Virus record (IMG/VR): IMGVR_UViG_3300030397_000563
Location: 1-38,417 of that record
Reading direction: 5' to 3' (one strand)
Length of the DNA: 38,417 nucleotides
Source: a virus
Taxonomy: Duplodnaviria > Caudoviricetes
Program-made: the position numbers and the translations under genes
Notes under the pieces: model-generated
The model's input: only the letters and a program-made list of their open reading frames with translations
Database searches by the model: none
Told to the model about the DNA's origin: nothing
Shown: piece after piece, positions 7,892 through 16,198 of the stretch
How the letters are laid out: each line of letters opens with the position of its first letter
Numbering within the stretch: the first letter of the stretch is position 1

Positions 7892-8851
7892 ATGAAATTA
7901 GGAAGCTTATTTAGTGGAATTGGAGGTATAGAAATTGGTTTTAAAAAACAAGGATACAACACAGAATGGTTCGTCGAAAACGATTTATACGCACAAGCAA
8001 TCCTCAAAAAACGTTTTCCCAGCGCCAAAATATATGAAGATATTACGCAAACTGATTTTAGAACAGTACCAAAAGTTGACATCCTTACAGGAGGATTCCC
8101 CTGCCAAGACATTAGCAACGCTGGAAAAAGAGCTGGCATACAAGGGAGTCGTAGTTCACTCTGGAAACATTACCTCCGAGCCATTAACACAATACGACCC
8201 AAAATCGCATTCATTGAAAACGTTTCAGCACTCCTTAACAGGGGACTTGACGTCGTTCTCTGCGACCTTGCCAAGATCGGGTATGATGCAGAATGGCATT
8301 GTGTACCAGCTTCCGCCGTTGGTGCGTTGCACAAGAGGGATCGTATCTTCATCATATGCCACCCCCACGACAATGGATCACTTGCCCCCGAAAAGCGAAA
8401 AAGCATTACTCAAGGAAGCGAGGGTGACAAGAAAGGGAAGAAGCAAGCCGGCAAACCTGAGAGATCAAATCATGAACAGGGACAAGTGGCCTACCCCTCT
8501 TGCTTCGGAAGCAGCAAAGAAACCAACAGGGGGACTCACGAGGGCGGTATGGAAGAAATTTCCAACTCCACGTGCTTCGGACAGCACGGGGGGATATGTT
8601 CAAACAGAAAAGAACAAGACTGGGTACTCAAGTGTGAACAAGAGTGGAGTAAAGAAAGGGGCAAAATTACAGGACGCAATACGCTTCGAGGAGAAAAAAC
8701 CACGTGGGCAGTTGAACCCCCAGTGGGTAGAATGGCTGATGGGATTCCCAATAGGGTGGACAGAATTAAGTGTATTGGAAACGCAGTCGTTCCGCAACTT
8801 GCGGAAGTCTTTGCGAAAGCAATCAAAAAAGAAGGTTTAGAAAAACGATGA
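7892..8851 (+). CDS. DNA (cytosine-5) methyltransferase, alpha polypeptide (EcoHK31I-like)
   Basis: Motif I LFSGIGG, IV GGFPCQD, VI ENV, VIII HKRDRIF, X GNAVVPQ; motif IX not evident in this frame; ATG 7892 precedes motif I. Confidence 0.9.
   Translation: MKLGSLFSGIGGIEIGFKKQGYNTEWFVENDLYAQAILKKRFPSAKIYEDITQTDFRTVPKVDILTGGFPCQDISNAGKRAGIQGSRSSLWKHYLRAINTIRPKIAFIENVSALLNRGLDVVLCDLAKIGYDAEWHCVPASAVGALHKRDRIFIICHPHDNGSLAPEKRKSITQGSEGDKKGKKQAGKPERSNHEQGQVAYPSCFGSSKETNRGTHEGGMEEISNSTCFGQHGGICSNRKEQDWVLKCEQEWSKERGKITGRNTLRGEKTTWAVEPPVGRMADGIPNRVDRIKCIGNAVVPQLAEVFAKAIKKEGLEKR
8034..8840 (+). CDS. Overlapping-frame beta polypeptide of the C5-methyltransferase (motif IX-bearing)
   Basis: +1 frame open 7935-8840 inside the MTase; SATLPRSGMMQNG, repeated (Y/W/F)xTP motifs, GQLNPQWVEWLMGFPIGWT; start codon uncertain (first ATG 8034). 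Confidence 0.75.
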   Translation: MKILRKLILEQYQKLTSLQEDSPAKTLATLEKELAYKGVVVHSGNITSEPLTQYDPKSHSLKTFQHSLTGDLTSFSATLPRSGMMQNGIVYQLPPLVRCTRGIVSSSYATPTTMDHLPPKSEKALLKEARVTRKGRSKPANLRDQIMNRDKWPTPLASEAAKKPTGGLTRAVWKKFPTPRASDSTGGYVQTEKNKTGYSSVNKSGVKKGAKLQDAIRFEEKKPRGQLNPQWVEWLMGFPIGWTELSVLETQSFRNLRKSLRKQSKKKV

Positions 8852-8901
8852 ATTTTTATATCACAAACAGACTGGAACAAGTCCTGATTATGAAAAAGAT
8901 C

Positions 8902-9110
8902 ATTCATAATCGCATTCATAAATAAAATAGGGGTCTCCTGAGAGACCGAAAAAAACCATACCCGCAGAAGGTAAAGATCTCTCAGGTTTATAAACATATA
9001 GGTTTTAATAAATAGCAGACCAAAAAAATAGAAGGGTTAGAAGGGGCTGTAAGCCCAAGATAACCAATCTACACGACCTCTACGTTTTAATTATGAATGG
9101 CATTATGAAT
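8902..9110. repeat. Non-coding element bounded by ~35-bp imperfect inverted repeats
   Basis: 8902-8935 ATTCATAATCGCATTCATAAATAAAATAGGGGTC vs reverse complement of 9075-9110 ATTCATAATGCCATTCATAATTAAAACGTAGAGGTC. Confidence 0.8.
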
Positions 9111-9139
9111 AAACTTTTTACAAAAAAAGGAGGGAAATT

Positions 9140-9319
9140 ATGAAAAAGGAACTAACGCAAAAACAGTATGAGATTGTTATGGATGCTTTGTTTTATTTTA
9201 GAGACGTTGCAACTCATGAAGGAGAAGTCTGTGGTTTGAAGGGAAGGGATAAGAAGGTTATGAATCAGGCGATTGATAAGGTTGTGCGATGGTACAGGGG
9301 GGAGTGGTATGAAAAATAA
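9140..9319 (+). CDS. Small hypothetical protein (59 aa)
   Basis: AGGAGGG RBS; MKKELTQKQYEIVMDAL... Confidence 0.65.
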   Translation: MKKELTQKQYEIVMDALFYFRDVATHEGEVCGLKGRDKKVMNQAIDKVVRWYRGEWYEK

Positions 9320-9372
9320 GAGGGTGAGTTATAAGGAGATGAGAAAGAATAGAAAATTGGGAGAGTGGAAAG

Positions 9373-9540
9373 ATGAAGAAGTACAGATTTGAAATACAGA
9401 ACTGTATAGATGTAGAAGTTGAAGCAGAAAACAGAGAAGAAGCAAGAATGCATCTTGTAGATAACACAATGGACTACGCAGAGGAAATGTGTGATTCATC
9501 ATGCTACATTTCTGACGGGGTGGAGGTGAAAGATGAATAA
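9373..9540 (+). CDS. Small EVEA-type hypothetical protein (55 aa)
   Basis: MKKYRFEIQNCIDVEVEAENREEA, similar to the N-terminus of the 5088 ORF. Confidence 0.65.
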   Translation: MKKYRFEIQNCIDVEVEAENREEARMHLVDNTMDYAEEMCDSSCYISDGVEVKDE

Positions 9541-9880
9541 AAGAGGTAGACCCAGAAATATAGGTAAAGGACATAGTAGCAATAGAAGACACACTATTGT
9601 TTTAAGCGAGTATGCAGAACACGTTTTTAGACAAGTAAGTAAGCAGCGTTTGGCTTATGGTATGAAAAAAAGAGGATGGTTTGACGAATGGGTAAGCAAC
9701 ATGTTTGTTAAAGAGTTTGGAAAAGACTCTGCAGTAGCAAGAGCAGTCATGAAAGAACTACTGGTTGAAGCACAAAGGAACAAGATGGATGCCATAGAAC
9801 ATTATGAAGAAGTAGCAAACAAGTATGCTATTTTGAAGGAACAAATAGAGGTGTTGCCTGAGATTCACATAAAAAAATAG
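9533..9880 (+). CDS. Putative transcriptional regulator (AT-hook-like KRGRPR, RHH-like core, coiled coil)
   Basis: GGAGGTGA RBS; KRGRPR; HTIVLS strand followed by helices. Confidence 0.5.
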   Translation: MNKRGRPRNIGKGHSSNRRHTIVLSEYAEHVFRQVSKQRLAYGMKKRGWFDEWVSNMFVKEFGKDSAVARAVMKELLVEAQRNKMDAIEHYEEVANKYAILKEQIEVLPEIHIKK

Positions 9881-9921
9881 AAGGTTTTATATATACATTA
9901 ACCTTTGGAAGGGTTGAAAGA
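9880..9921 (+). promoter_or_regulatory. Archaeal-type early promoter (BRE-TATA) with GGGTTGAAAGA element
   Basis: GAAGGTTTTATATATACAT with GGGTTGAAAGA at the same 31-nt offset as at 4608. Confidence 0.75.
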
Positions 9922-9923
9922 CA

Positions 9924-10295
9924 ATGACATCAAAAGACAATACTACTATTAAAGAGGAGATATTACAACTCCCTAAAAGCATACACCAAATGGAGTATGA
10001 CTTACTTCTGTTAAACGACAACATACTGGCTCAAGAAGAAAATTTGAAGAGTCAAGAACTGGTTATTTACCAAAAAATCGAAGAGGAAATAGATCCTCTC
10101 ACGGAAAAGAAAAGGTATAGTAACGAGCAAAAAAGACAAGCTGAACTTAAGAAACGTTTAGAAACTAACGGTCTTCACAGGCAAAGTAGTGAAGAGTTAA
10201 AAAACAAAAAGAGGAAGATGGCTGAAATGCGTATTAGTTTAGATACGCTTAAGAGAAAGTTTAGGGCGTACGAAGCCATTCTTAAAAACGTATGA
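9924..10295 (+). CDS. Coiled-coil hypothetical protein
   Basis: 123 aa, helical, YSNEQKRQAE turn motif. Confidence 0.65.
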   Translation: MTSKDNTTIKEEILQLPKSIHQMEYDLLLLNDNILAQEENLKSQELVIYQKIEEEIDPLTEKKRYSNEQKRQAELKKRLETNGLHRQSSEELKNKKRKMAEMRISLDTLKRKFRAYEAILKNV

Positions 10296-10352
10296 ACTGT
10301 TTCATATTCGCATCCATAACCTATAGATCATGGAGTGAAAGGAGAAAAAACA

Positions 10353-10838
10353 ATGAGTTATACAACAACTGTGCTTGGAGTGAGCGAGAAGAATAAAGGG
10401 GTGCAATTATTACATGAAGGTAGCACTCAATGGTTTACTGTGGTGGGTAAAGCTGCAGATTATGTGAAAGCAGATCTTAAAAACGCAACTGTAGATTATG
10501 ATGTAAAGGATGGTAACATCACTTTTATAAGAAAATCTGACACGGGAAGCAGTCCAAAACCTTCTCAACCAACAAGAGCAACGAGTACTTCTAATGAGTG
10601 GAATGAAGATAGAGTTTATCAAATTGTAAGACAGAACAGTAATGAGAGAGCTACAGAAATTTTAGGACTTTTAATCCCTAAAATGAAGTTCGACGTTAAA
10701 GATGTGGAAGATCTTAAACAAAAAGGAAGCGAGATAGTTGAACTCGTTAAAGAGTGGAGTAAAGAACTCACTCAAGATATTATGAGTACAAGGTATGAAG
10801 ATCCTGTCAAAAATGACGGGGTTAATGGAGGGAACTAA
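10353..10838 (+). CDS. Possible ssDNA-binding (OB-fold-like) protein
   Basis: Beta-rich N-terminal ~60 aa with aromatic residues, flexible S/P/T linker, IVRQNS helix; AGGAG RBS; function is inference. Confidence 0.35.
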   Translation: MSYTTTVLGVSEKNKGVQLLHEGSTQWFTVVGKAADYVKADLKNATVDYDVKDGNITFIRKSDTGSSPKPSQPTRATSTSNEWNEDRVYQIVRQNSNERATEILGLLIPKMKFDVKDVEDLKQKGSEIVELVKEWSKELTQDIMSTRYEDPVKNDGVNGGN

Positions 10839-10839
10839 A

Positions 10840-11100
10840 ATGCCAAAGTTTGAACTGAAAGAAATTAAAGAAAGTGTGAAGTATAAGAATGATAAGGATG
10901 TGGCTTCTGAAGAAGTGTGGTCTTACAAGTTTGAAGGGACTACAGAAGAGAACGGAAGTATTAAGCATTTACAACTTGTTCTTAAGACTTCTGAGGAATT
11001 AACGTATAACGTTCATGACCTGTTTGATTTTAAGAAAGTGGGTCGTCAGGAAAAGATTGGAGAGAAAGAGAATGGTGCAAAAGGAAAGAAAAAGAATTAA
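10840..11100 (+). CDS. Hypothetical protein
   Basis: GGAGGG RBS before ATG 10840. Confidence 0.6.
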   Translation: MPKFELKEIKESVKYKNDKDVASEEVWSYKFEGTTEENGSIKHLQLVLKTSEELTYNVHDLFDFKKVGRQEKIGEKENGAKGKKKN

Positions 11101-11383
11101 GTATGTGCAGATTGGAGAACGTTATGCGGATAATGGTCGTATTGCAAAAGCAGAAAACTATCTTTTGGACTTTTTTTTAAACTCTGTTGTTGAACCCGCA
11201 ATTGGAAAAGTAAGTTTTTTCAAGAGGTTGAAACACTCATTTAAAGTTTTATTTTTTCCTAAAATATATAGAGAAAATGTAATTGAGGATTTAAAGTTTG
11301 GTCTGTATTTTAGAATTAAAGAACTTATAGATGAAGATGAGTTCGGAAAGAAGAAGAAAAAGAAAGAGGAGGAGTACTTATGA
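11072..11383 (+). CDS. Hypothetical protein
   Basis: ORF track; ATG 11072 preferred to limit overlap. Confidence 0.6.
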   Translation: MVQKERKRIKYVQIGERYADNGRIAKAENYLLDFFLNSVVEPAIGKVSFFKRLKHSFKVLFFPKIYRENVIEDLKFGLYFRIKELIDEDEFGKKKKKKEEEYL

Positions 11384-11574
11384 AGTGTGAAGAAATATAT
11401 AAGGTTTCTATCATGAAAAGAAATGGTGGGGAAAGGAATAATTATTTTTTTTGTTTGGAAGATGGAAAGGTGTGTTTAGATAAAGATGGAAGATACCTGG
11501 ACAAAGATGCTATGCAGTGGGCTATTGAGAAAATAGAACAAATAACAAAAATGAAAGAAAAGATTGACTTATAG
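11380..11574 (+). CDS. Hypothetical protein
   Basis: GAGGAG RBS; ATGA coupling. Confidence 0.6.
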   Translation: MKCEEIYKVSIMKRNGGERNNYFFCLEDGKVCLDKDGRYLDKDAMQWAIEKIEQITKMKEKIDL

Positions 11575-11584
11575 TCACGTGACG

Positions 11585-11649
11585 TTGGAAGAGATCGCCA
11601 AACCCCTCCCATACTGTTGGGGGGTTGTGAGAGGGGTTATCTCTTCTAA
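11585..11649 (+). other. Long intergenic stem-loop
   Basis: TTGGAAGAGAT/ATCTCTTCTAA and AACCCCTC/GAGGGGTT stems with a 5-nt bulge and G-U pairs on the + strand. Confidence 0.7.
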
Positions 11650-11672
11650 AAAAAGATTAAGGAGGAGATATA

Positions 11673-11951
11673 ATGAACATATCTTTAAAGAACAAGAAGA
11701 AAGAAATCAAAGTCAGCATGGGACGTTTTACAAAACTCCTCATCTTCATATTATTATTGACTTTTATGGGGATGGTTTTCACACTTATAATTTTATCAAT
11801 GGACAAACCTGCAGAACCAACTTATATAGAATTTAATGAAAACCTTACTCAAGTTATCAAACCAACGTTTAATGTGACTACAACTCCTGGAAAAGGTGTG
11901 TGTATTACTCAAGAAAATGTTACGAGGTGTTATGATGGAAAAAAAGAGTGA
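11673..11951 (+). CDS. Small single-pass membrane protein with N-glycosylation sequons
   Basis: AGGAGG RBS; LLIFILLLTFMGMVFTLIILSM helix; NLT, NVT, NVT and a Cys pair in the C-terminal part. Confidence 0.7.
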   Translation: MNISLKNKKKEIKVSMGRFTKLLIFILLLTFMGMVFTLIILSMDKPAEPTYIEFNENLTQVIKPTFNVTTTPGKGVCITQENVTRCYDGKKE

Positions 11952-12126
11952 AGAAAGAGAGTTAGAACTTATGAAGCATACTCATAAGATGGAAGAATTA
12001 AGGTATGAACGAGAAACGCAACGGTTAAAGCACGATCATGATATGGAATTGCATAGGATTAAACGTGCTGATAGTCAGAAACTGGAACAGATGAAACACC
12101 ATTTATTAATGGAGAGTAAAAGGTAA
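11935..12126 (+). CDS. His/Glu/Arg-rich helical hypothetical protein
   Basis: GAGGTG RBS; repeated KHxHxMEL-like units. Confidence 0.55.
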   Translation: MEKKSEERELELMKHTHKMEELRYERETQRLKHDHDMELHRIKRADSQKLEQMKHHLLMESKR

Positions 12127-12131
12127 ATCTA

Positions 12132-13115
12132 ATGGCTGGTTACAATGATCTTGTCATGGGGTACATAGGTAATAAAAGAAAGTTGGTTAAACACATTTTC
12201 AAACATTTACCAAAAGAACACAAGGTATTCCTTGACCTTTTTGCAGGAAGCAACATAGTAGGATTGACAGCTAAAAAACAAGGATACACTGTAATATCTA
12301 ATGATGTAAGTCCTGCAAGTCACTTGTCAGCCAAAGCCCTCGTAGAAAACCACCATTTTCTAATCATGCCACAACTACTTTTCAGGAAAGAAAATCCTCA
12401 AAACACCCTTTTTAGAAGTAATAAAGACTTATTTAAGTTGGATGAAGATCAAGCGATACTTTTTGACAGTATGTTAGACAATGCAGGAAACGTTGCAGAT
12501 CATTATCTTATACTGTGGGTTTACGCAAAGTTCATGCCCTATAACAATCTTATAGATATTAAACAAAAAGATGCAATGACTGAGGGGTATTGGGATGCTA
12601 AAAAGATAGCAGATCATAAAGCTTGGAAAAGAAATTTTAACATGATAAACAAGCCCTTATCCTTTATAGATAAGTACAGGAATATATTTAACAAGCACTA
12701 TTTTAGAAACGGAAAGGAGAACTTGGCTTTAAACCTTGACTGGAGAGAAGCAATTAAAAAAGCCAAAAATACAGATATTGTTTATTGTGATCCTCCTTAT
12801 CCTGGAACAGCAAGTTATGACATTTTTGACTGGGCAAACATCATAGCAACCAAAGGACAAAAGATAACGTATTCTAATGAATGGACATCTAACAAGAAGT
12901 TTTTAACATCTTACGTTGAACTTTTACAAAAAACAAGCAACATAAGAACTTTCATTATGAGCATAGGTAACTGGGATGTGAACGATCTTTTAAGCATAGG
13001 TAGGAAGTATCGTCCAAACATCCAAGTGCAAAAAATAAGTCACAAGTACAATGTGAACCCACACAGTAAAAAGAAGAGTGAGGAACTTATTCTCACCGAC
13101 TTCGGAGGAATATAA
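12132..13115 (+). CDS. DNA adenine methyltransferase (D12/Dam-like, alpha class)
   Basis: YIGNKRKL, LDLFAGS (motif I), ISND, YCDPPY (motif IV). Confidence 0.85.
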   Translation: MAGYNDLVMGYIGNKRKLVKHIFKHLPKEHKVFLDLFAGSNIVGLTAKKQGYTVISNDVSPASHLSAKALVENHHFLIMPQLLFRKENPQNTLFRSNKDLFKLDEDQAILFDSMLDNAGNVADHYLILWVYAKFMPYNNLIDIKQKDAMTEGYWDAKKIADHKAWKRNFNMINKPLSFIDKYRNIFNKHYFRNGKENLALNLDWREAIKKAKNTDIVYCDPPYPGTASYDIFDWANIIATKGQKITYSNEWTSNKKFLTSYVELLQKTSNIRTFIMSIGNWDVNDLLSIGRKYRPNIQVQKISHKYNVNPHSKKKSEELILTDFGGI

Positions 13116-13117
13116 TA

Positions 13118-13801
13118 ATGAAAAAAAGAGAAATGGAAAAGGTTAAACTCACAGATCTTAAACCAAACAAATGGAATCCTAATGAGATGAGTGAAATTGC
13201 TTTAAGAAAGCTTAAGAACAATATTAAAACGTTGGGGTACGTGGACATTATAACGGTTGCAGATTTTCAAGAGGAAAGAGTTATTGTGGATGGAGAGCAT
13301 AGGTGGAGAGCATTAAAAGAACTGGACTATAAGGAAGACATAGACGTTATGGTTCTTAAAAATTATACTGAAGAAGAACTTAAACTTTTAACAATTAATC
13401 TCAACGATCTTAAAGGTGAAAGAAATGAAAGATCTCTTGCTGAAGTTATTGATAGCATAAGCAAACGTTTTGACAGCTTCGCAGACTTGGTGGCTTATGA
13501 CAAAGAAAAACTTAATGACTTGAACAGGTTATTGAAACAACCTTTAGACGGTGTTGACAAGTTACAAGAACAGAAGAAGGCAGAAGATGAAGAAAAACCT
13601 CACTTGTACAGTTTTATGGTGGATGGTGAAAGGTTTGATTTTGTAGTTATGGGTAAGATGGAAAGAGACATTGTAGATTCAGCCCTCAAAAAAAGCAAAG
13701 GTTCGGATAGACATTTTAAATTCTTAAACATATGTAAATTTTTTAATGAGAGGTATAAGGATGAAAAACGCATCGAAGATAGCAAAGAGAAGCAAAAATA
13801 A
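13118..13801 (+). CDS. ParB/Srx-like N-terminal domain protein
   Basis: LKPNKWNPN, IVDGEHRWRA, TINLN motifs. Confidence 0.85.
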   Translation: MKKREMEKVKLTDLKPNKWNPNEMSEIALRKLKNNIKTLGYVDIITVADFQEERVIVDGEHRWRALKELDYKEDIDVMVLKNYTEEELKLLTINLNDLKGERNERSLAEVIDSISKRFDSFADLVAYDKEKLNDLNRLLKQPLDGVDKLQEQKKAEDEEKPHLYSFMVDGERFDFVVMGKMERDIVDSALKKSKGSDRHFKFLNICKFFNERYKDEKRIEDSKEKQK

Positions 13802-14138
13802 AGGAAACGCTTGGGAACGTAAGGTGTATAAGGACTTGCGTGAAATAGACCCTTCTGTTAAGAGAAGTTTAGGTAGTGGGAGTAGCGATGAACCTGCAGA
13901 CATAAGTTTAAGAGAGTATGCTATAGAGTGCAAAAGGTATAAACGCATAACGCTTAAGATGATATGCAATTGGATGAACAAACTTTCTGAAGAAATCAAA
14001 GGTCAAAAAGGAAAGATTCCCCTCATTGTTATGAAGGAAGATTATAAACCTCCTCAGGTTGCTTTTAAAACAAAAAAAGAACCATTAAGCATACAAGATT
14101 ATGATAATTGGTTGGAAGAATTAGGTGAAACCTCATGA
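13761..14138 (+). CDS. Holliday junction resolvase-like PD-(D/E)XK nuclease
   Basis: SKNKGNAWER...PADI...AIECKR. Confidence 0.8.
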   Translation: MKNASKIAKRSKNKGNAWERKVYKDLREIDPSVKRSLGSGSSDEPADISLREYAIECKRYKRITLKMICNWMNKLSEEIKGQKGKIPLIVMKEDYKPPQVAFKTKKEPLSIQDYDNWLEELGETS

Positions 14139-14398
14139 GTGGAATATTTATGGTAATAAAATGCCAAAAATGTGGAATAATACAAGCTACAGAAAGAAGA
14201 ACTACTATGACCCAATATGTTATGAAGTGTAAAGGTTGCAATAAGAGTACCAAACTTCATGATTCAAAAAATGGTTTTTTAAGATCTTGGGTTCTTGCAA
14301 GTACAAAAAACCCTCGAGAAGCAGCACATATAGTTCAAGGATTTAAAAGAAAAGAATATGAGAGAAAAACTAAAGCGAATACCTCGACACAAAGTTGA
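14135..14398 (+). CDS. Zinc-finger protein, DUF1922-like
   Basis: GGTGA RBS; CQKC...CKGC and NPREAAHIV helix. Confidence 0.55.
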   Translation: MSGIFMVIKCQKCGIIQATERRTTMTQYVMKCKGCNKSTKLHDSKNGFLRSWVLASTKNPREAAHIVQGFKRKEYERKTKANTSTQS

Positions 14399-14609
14399 GT
14401 ATGAAGGATCTTCAGGAGCAACCCACTGGTTTAAAGTGTTAAGTTCTAACAGTGGAGAAAGTTACGATGTTCGAGTAGACGTAACATGTTGTTGTAAGTA
14501 CGGTTCTGTAAAAGGTATTCCTAACGGGAAGTTGTGCAGTCATGTAATGTCTGTTATGAAGCATATGTTTTCAGATGATACAAGTTTAGGAAAAAAGGGT
14601 GGTGATTGA
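14358..14609 (+). CDS. SWIM zinc-finger protein
   Basis: YDV...TCCC...LCSHV (CxC-xn-CxH). Confidence 0.7.
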   Translation: MREKLKRIPRHKVEYEGSSGATHWFKVLSSNSGESYDVRVDVTCCCKYGSVKGIPNGKLCSHVMSVMKHMFSDDTSLGKKGGD

Positions 14610-15530
14610 ATGAAAGTTGAGAGACTTATGGAAATAGTGGAAGATCTTCAGGATCTTTTCAAGAAGTATGAGATTTTTGAGTTGGAGGAATTTCTTAAAG
14701 TTATGAACAAATTTTCTTGCCTTTTTAAGGGAAAAGAACCTTTCGAAAGGTCTACAGGAGAATCCTCCGAAAGATCTATAGAAGAAACTGTGGAAGAAGA
14801 CAATGAAGAAGAGGATGAATACGTTGAAGAAGGATCAAGAAGGGAATGGGATGAAAAGTTAGAAGATGAACTTGAAGAAAAAGGAAAGGAAAAATTCCTT
14901 AAAGACAACCCTGACTTTGGAAGTCATAGAGTGGCTATAAAGCATTCTAAAATGCGTGAGAGAAGCAAGTGGATTAAAAAGAACTCTGAGAAGTGGTTTA
15001 ATGAAGAAGCAAAAAACTTTCTAATAGATAATGGAACAACCGATTTTATGCATAGGTATTCTGAAGCAAGAGACAAGCATTCTGCTTTCATAGGTGAAGT
15101 GAGAAAATACCTTGTAAGAAAGACTTCTTACAATCATAAATTAGAAGATGCTTTAGGAAGGTTGGAAAGGGAAGCCATAACTGACAGACTGAACGATGAA
15201 CAAAAAGAATATTTAATGCAGAATGATGCAAGATCTTTTAAGAAAAAGTACGGGAAGTTTAATGCTTCTGAGAACGATCTGGAAAGAGTTAGAAAACATT
15301 TAAGACATAGGAAGAGAACTGAGAAGTATTGGAAGAAGAACCCTGAAAGCGTAGAAGAGGATAGCAAGGTTATGCGTTTGTGGATGGAGAAAGAAGCTCC
15401 TGACAAGAAAGAAAAAGGAAAAGAGACATGTGCTTATTGTTTGCAAAAGAAAATAATTCAGAAAAACGGTCTTTGTGAGGATTGCGTGTTTAATACCAGG
15501 AGGCATGATGAACAAGAAAAACAGAGCTAA
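14610..15530 (+). CDS. Highly charged hypothetical protein with acidic tract and C-terminal zinc finger
   Basis: GGTGGTGA RBS; EEDNEEEDE tract; CAYC...CEDC. Confidence 0.7.
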   Translation: MKVERLMEIVEDLQDLFKKYEIFELEEFLKVMNKFSCLFKGKEPFERSTGESSERSIEETVEEDNEEEDEYVEEGSRREWDEKLEDELEEKGKEKFLKDNPDFGSHRVAIKHSKMRERSKWIKKNSEKWFNEEAKNFLIDNGTTDFMHRYSEARDKHSAFIGEVRKYLVRKTSYNHKLEDALGRLEREAITDRLNDEQKEYLMQNDARSFKKKYGKFNASENDLERVRKHLRHRKRTEKYWKKNPESVEEDSKVMRLWMEKEAPDKKEKGKETCAYCLQKKIIQKNGLCEDCVFNTRRHDEQEKQS

Positions 15531-15846
15531 AGTATGTGCGGATAACTTGGATAAGATAGATTTTAGTATGAACAGTAGGTTAAACACTGTGAAGCTAAAT
15601 AGTAATAATACTTGGGAGCATGAAATGACCAAAGCGAGAATATGTTATGAAGCTGCAAAGAAAGGTTTTATATTTATTACTGAAGCAAGGTTTAAGAACA
15701 AGAGTGGAATAGCTGATGTTTACCTTCCTGAAGTGGACATGGTTTACGAGGTTTTAAAATCAGAGACTCAAGAAAGGTTCGAAAAGAAAGAGTACCCTGT
15801 AAAGAAGATAATTCCTGTGAACGCAGGAGAAACCGTTGAGGTTTAG
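15508..15846 (+). CDS. PD-(D/E)XK-like nuclease
   Basis: AGGAGG RBS; HE..K...ITEARF...IADV...VYEVLKSE. Confidence 0.6.
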   Translation: MNKKNRAKVCADNLDKIDFSMNSRLNTVKLNSNNTWEHEMTKARICYEAAKKGFIFITEARFKNKSGIADVYLPEVDMVYEVLKSETQERFEKKEYPVKKIIPVNAGETVEV

Positions 15847-15854
15847 GAGGAACT

Positions 15855-15980
15855 ATGAAAAAGAAAGAATTTGGAGGTAGCTTGTTAATTTTTGCCTTTT
15901 GGTTGTTTGTGTTTTTTCCTATGGCTATTATTTATTGGGCGGTCAAACAGGTGGAGGTTGAAGTTCCTGAAAAGAGATGA
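15855..15980 (+). CDS. Small membrane protein (41 aa)
   Basis: AGGAGG RBS; LLIFAFWLFVFFPMAIIYW. Confidence 0.7.
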   Translation: MKKKEFGGSLLIFAFWLFVFFPMAIIYWAVKQVEVEVPEKR

Positions 15981-16198
15981 TGGATTCCGTGCTAAAAAAA
16001 GAGGATTTAGAGGTTCTTTTATTATTTGAGATCACAAAGTATGCGAGTGTTTTAAACCCTTTTGAAAGGAAGGAGTGGGCAACACGTATAAATAAGACAA
16101 GTATGGCTTATAAAGATCTTACAGGTGGTTTTTATAGACTTCCTGAGAGGTATAAGCCCTTGTTGAGGAGGATGTATGAAAGAATTGCCAAAGAATGA
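15977..16198 (+). CDS. Hypothetical protein
   Basis: ATGA coupling. Confidence 0.6.
   Translation: MMDSVLKKEDLEVLLLFEITKYASVLNPFERKEWATRINKTSMAYKDLTGGFYRLPERYKPLLRRMYERIAKE

Noticed and set aside
8902-9110. Canonical archaeal ORB origin boxes
   Set aside because: The repeats do not match the TTCCAGTGGAAAC/G-string ORB consensus; only the overall architecture is origin-like
11564-11836. 90-aa + strand ORF
   Set aside because: TTG start, runs through a long hairpin and overlaps the RBS-supported 11673 gene by more than 160 nt
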